Source of the DNA: Candidatus Margulisiibacteriota bacterium
GTDB lineage: Bacteria > Margulisbacteria > WOR-1 > O2-12-FULL-45-9
Direction: 5' to 3'
Assembly (NCBI GenBank): GCA_034723395.1
Contig: JAYEOW010000022.1
Span: 1 to 15,803 of the forward strand
Length of the DNA: 15,803 nucleotides
Of the stretch, positions 14,534-15,803 are shown in pieces; the first letter of the stretch is position 1; each line of letters starts with the position of its first letter. The position numbers and the translations under genes were made by a program. Below the pieces are notes generated by a model, which saw only the letters and a program-made list of their open reading frames with translations, was not told where the DNA came from and searched no databases.

Positions 14534-15196
14534 ATGGCATTATTTGGAACAAGAGCCGTGCCAAAAACAATTATAAGTCGGAGAAACGCTTTAACTGTCT
14601 CGGGAAATAGCCGTTTTGCCAGAATTGCCAATCTTACCGGTACGGAGGTTCTTTTGAAGGTGGAAAAGGCGGCGGGTCGTTTGGCAAGAAAGGCCATAGA
14701 TTGGTTTAATTTTGGGGGGCCGCAACCAGGATATGCGTTTGCAGGTACAGAAGGAGCGGCTTTTCTTGGAGGAATCGAAAGGATTGACGCAGATGCCACC
14801 ATTAGCAGAATGGCCAATAATTCGGAAGGGACAAAGGTTGGTGGAAAAATAATCGGCAGTGGTAATGCAGTAAGGGGACAAGAGGCCTTGAAGCCAGATA
14901 GAGAAGAAAGTGTGGACGCTTTTCTTGAAAAAATGCGTATATTTGAGAAAGAAGCTGATAGAAGCTTCAAAATAGGAATGTTCGGAAGAAATATAGGGCT
15001 TTCCATGATAGGCGTTGGAGCGGTGCTTGCCGCTGGGTCAGCGTTTTTTTCGGGATCGGCCTTGGGCATCGGTGCATCGGTTTTATTGTACGGTGGATCA
15101 GCTTTGTTTGCTGGTGGAGTAGTTTTGCTTTGTATTGCTTTGACCTGGTCACAAATCCTGCTTATGAAAGCTATGAATAAAAAAGATAGGCAATGA
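14534..15196 (+). CDS. Hypothetical membrane protein with C-terminal bilobed hydrophobic domain
   Basis: SD AAGGAGG plus ATG. About 50-residue charge-free Gly/Ala-rich hydrophobic stretch near the C-terminus. Confidence 0.8.
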   Translation: MALFGTRAVPKTIISRRNALTVSGNSRFARIANLTGTEVLLKVEKAAGRLARKAIDWFNFGGPQPGYAFAGTEGAAFLGGIERIDADATISRMANNSEGTKVGGKIIGSGNAVRGQEALKPDREESVDAFLEKMRIFEKEADRSFKIGMFGRNIGLSMIGVGAVLAAGSAFFSGSALGIGASVLLYGGSALFAGGVVLLCIALTWSQILLMKAMNKKDRQ

Positions 15197-15238
15197 AAAA
15201 TTCTTAAAAAAGGAACCTGTGATTGGAAGTTTCACAAT

Positions 15239-15281
15239 AAGCGCCGAATAATTTAACCATTATTTCGGCGCTTTTTCTTTT
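15239..15281 (+). terminator. Intrinsic terminator of 14534-15196
   Basis: AAGCGCCGAA(TAAT)...(ATTA)TTTCGGCGCTT followed by TTTCTTTT. Confidence 0.85.
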
Positions 15282-15784
15282 GATATTCTAAAATCCCCGC
15301 CCCCAAAAAGAGCAAGAATTTTTTCATATTTAAATACAGGAACCGAACCGCTCTGACGAGCAAACTTGAAGAAGAAAGAGTAGACTAGCCATTACCTTAT
15401 TAATTTAGAATAATGTGCCTGTTTTCTCGTATATTCGGTAATAACAGCATATATTTGGCCTTTAAAGGCATTGTGGGTGTTGTGGTAAGGAGCAAAAAGC
15501 ATTCGCTTGACCACTTAGCAAACTTAGCGGGGAGAAAGTTTGTCCGCTGTAGTTTTAACGAAAGCATATAAGCATCATTCCTTTTAAGATTTGTTCAATG
15601 GATACCTAAAGAAAGGCCTTGTATCATTAAACCTGACTCTCTATCTTTAAGCTGAATATATGACATTTCCCTAATTAAGATAACGTAAAATAAGGTGTGC
15701 AAAATGACAGGAAAGAAAAAGCCATCGCAAGCCTCAAAACTGGTAAAATCATTACCAGGGATTAAAAATAAAGGAGGCAATACG

Positions 15785-15803
15785 ATGGCAAAGACAACTG
15801 TAT
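15785..15803 (+). CDS. 5' end of a gene leaving the window (MAKTTV...)
   Basis: AAGGAGG shortly before ATG 15785. In-frame alternative ATG at 15704. Confidence 0.55.

Noticed and set aside
14506..15069. 187-aa minus-strand ORF
   Set aside because: Antisense to 14534-15196, which has a promoter motif, strong SD and its own terminator.
15662..15689. Possible further sigma28-like promoter GACATTTC...AACGTAAA before the last gene
   Set aside because: Both boxes deviate and the spacer would be 12 rather than 11.
15300..15780. Coding potential of 15413-15571 (+) and 15595-15780 (-)
   Set aside because: Short, no convincing SD or motif. 15595-15780 is antisense to the likely start region of the final plus-strand gene.
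1..15803. Taxonomic assignment (impression of a Margulisbacteria/Saganbacteria-like uncultured lineage)
   Set aside because: No marker gene in the window; an impression only, needing a homology search.

Overview
Bacterial chromosomal window with three parts. (1) Left, minus strand: a housekeeping-type operon with a near-consensus sigma70 promoter, encoding a DUF134 regulator, two DUF5320-like peptides, a pyruvoyl-dependent arginine decarboxylase and a YibE/F membrane protein. (2) Middle and right: divergent or orphan genes, namely an atypical dGTPase-family HD hydrolase, several 190-220 aa orphans, a 1911-aa highly basic toxin-like protein and an Inc-like bilobed membrane protein. Five of them carry the same fixed-spacing upstream motif, (G/C)AA(A/G)TTT(C/T)-N11-NNCGA(T/C)A(A/T), which matches sigma28/FliA promoter geometry. 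Most also have Arg/Lys-rich, acid-free N-termini with no signal peptide. This suggests (inference) an undescribed co-regulated set of exported effectors. (3) A decayed integration junction: a tRNA 3' fragment with arm-like tandem repeats, then a Schlafen/AlbA_2 gene and a truncated IS481-like transposase. A small TCCCG...CGGGA double-hairpin element occurs twice. One copy splits the tRNA T-loop and the other supplies the -10 of a sigma70-type promoter. No database searches were run; family calls come from motif recognition.
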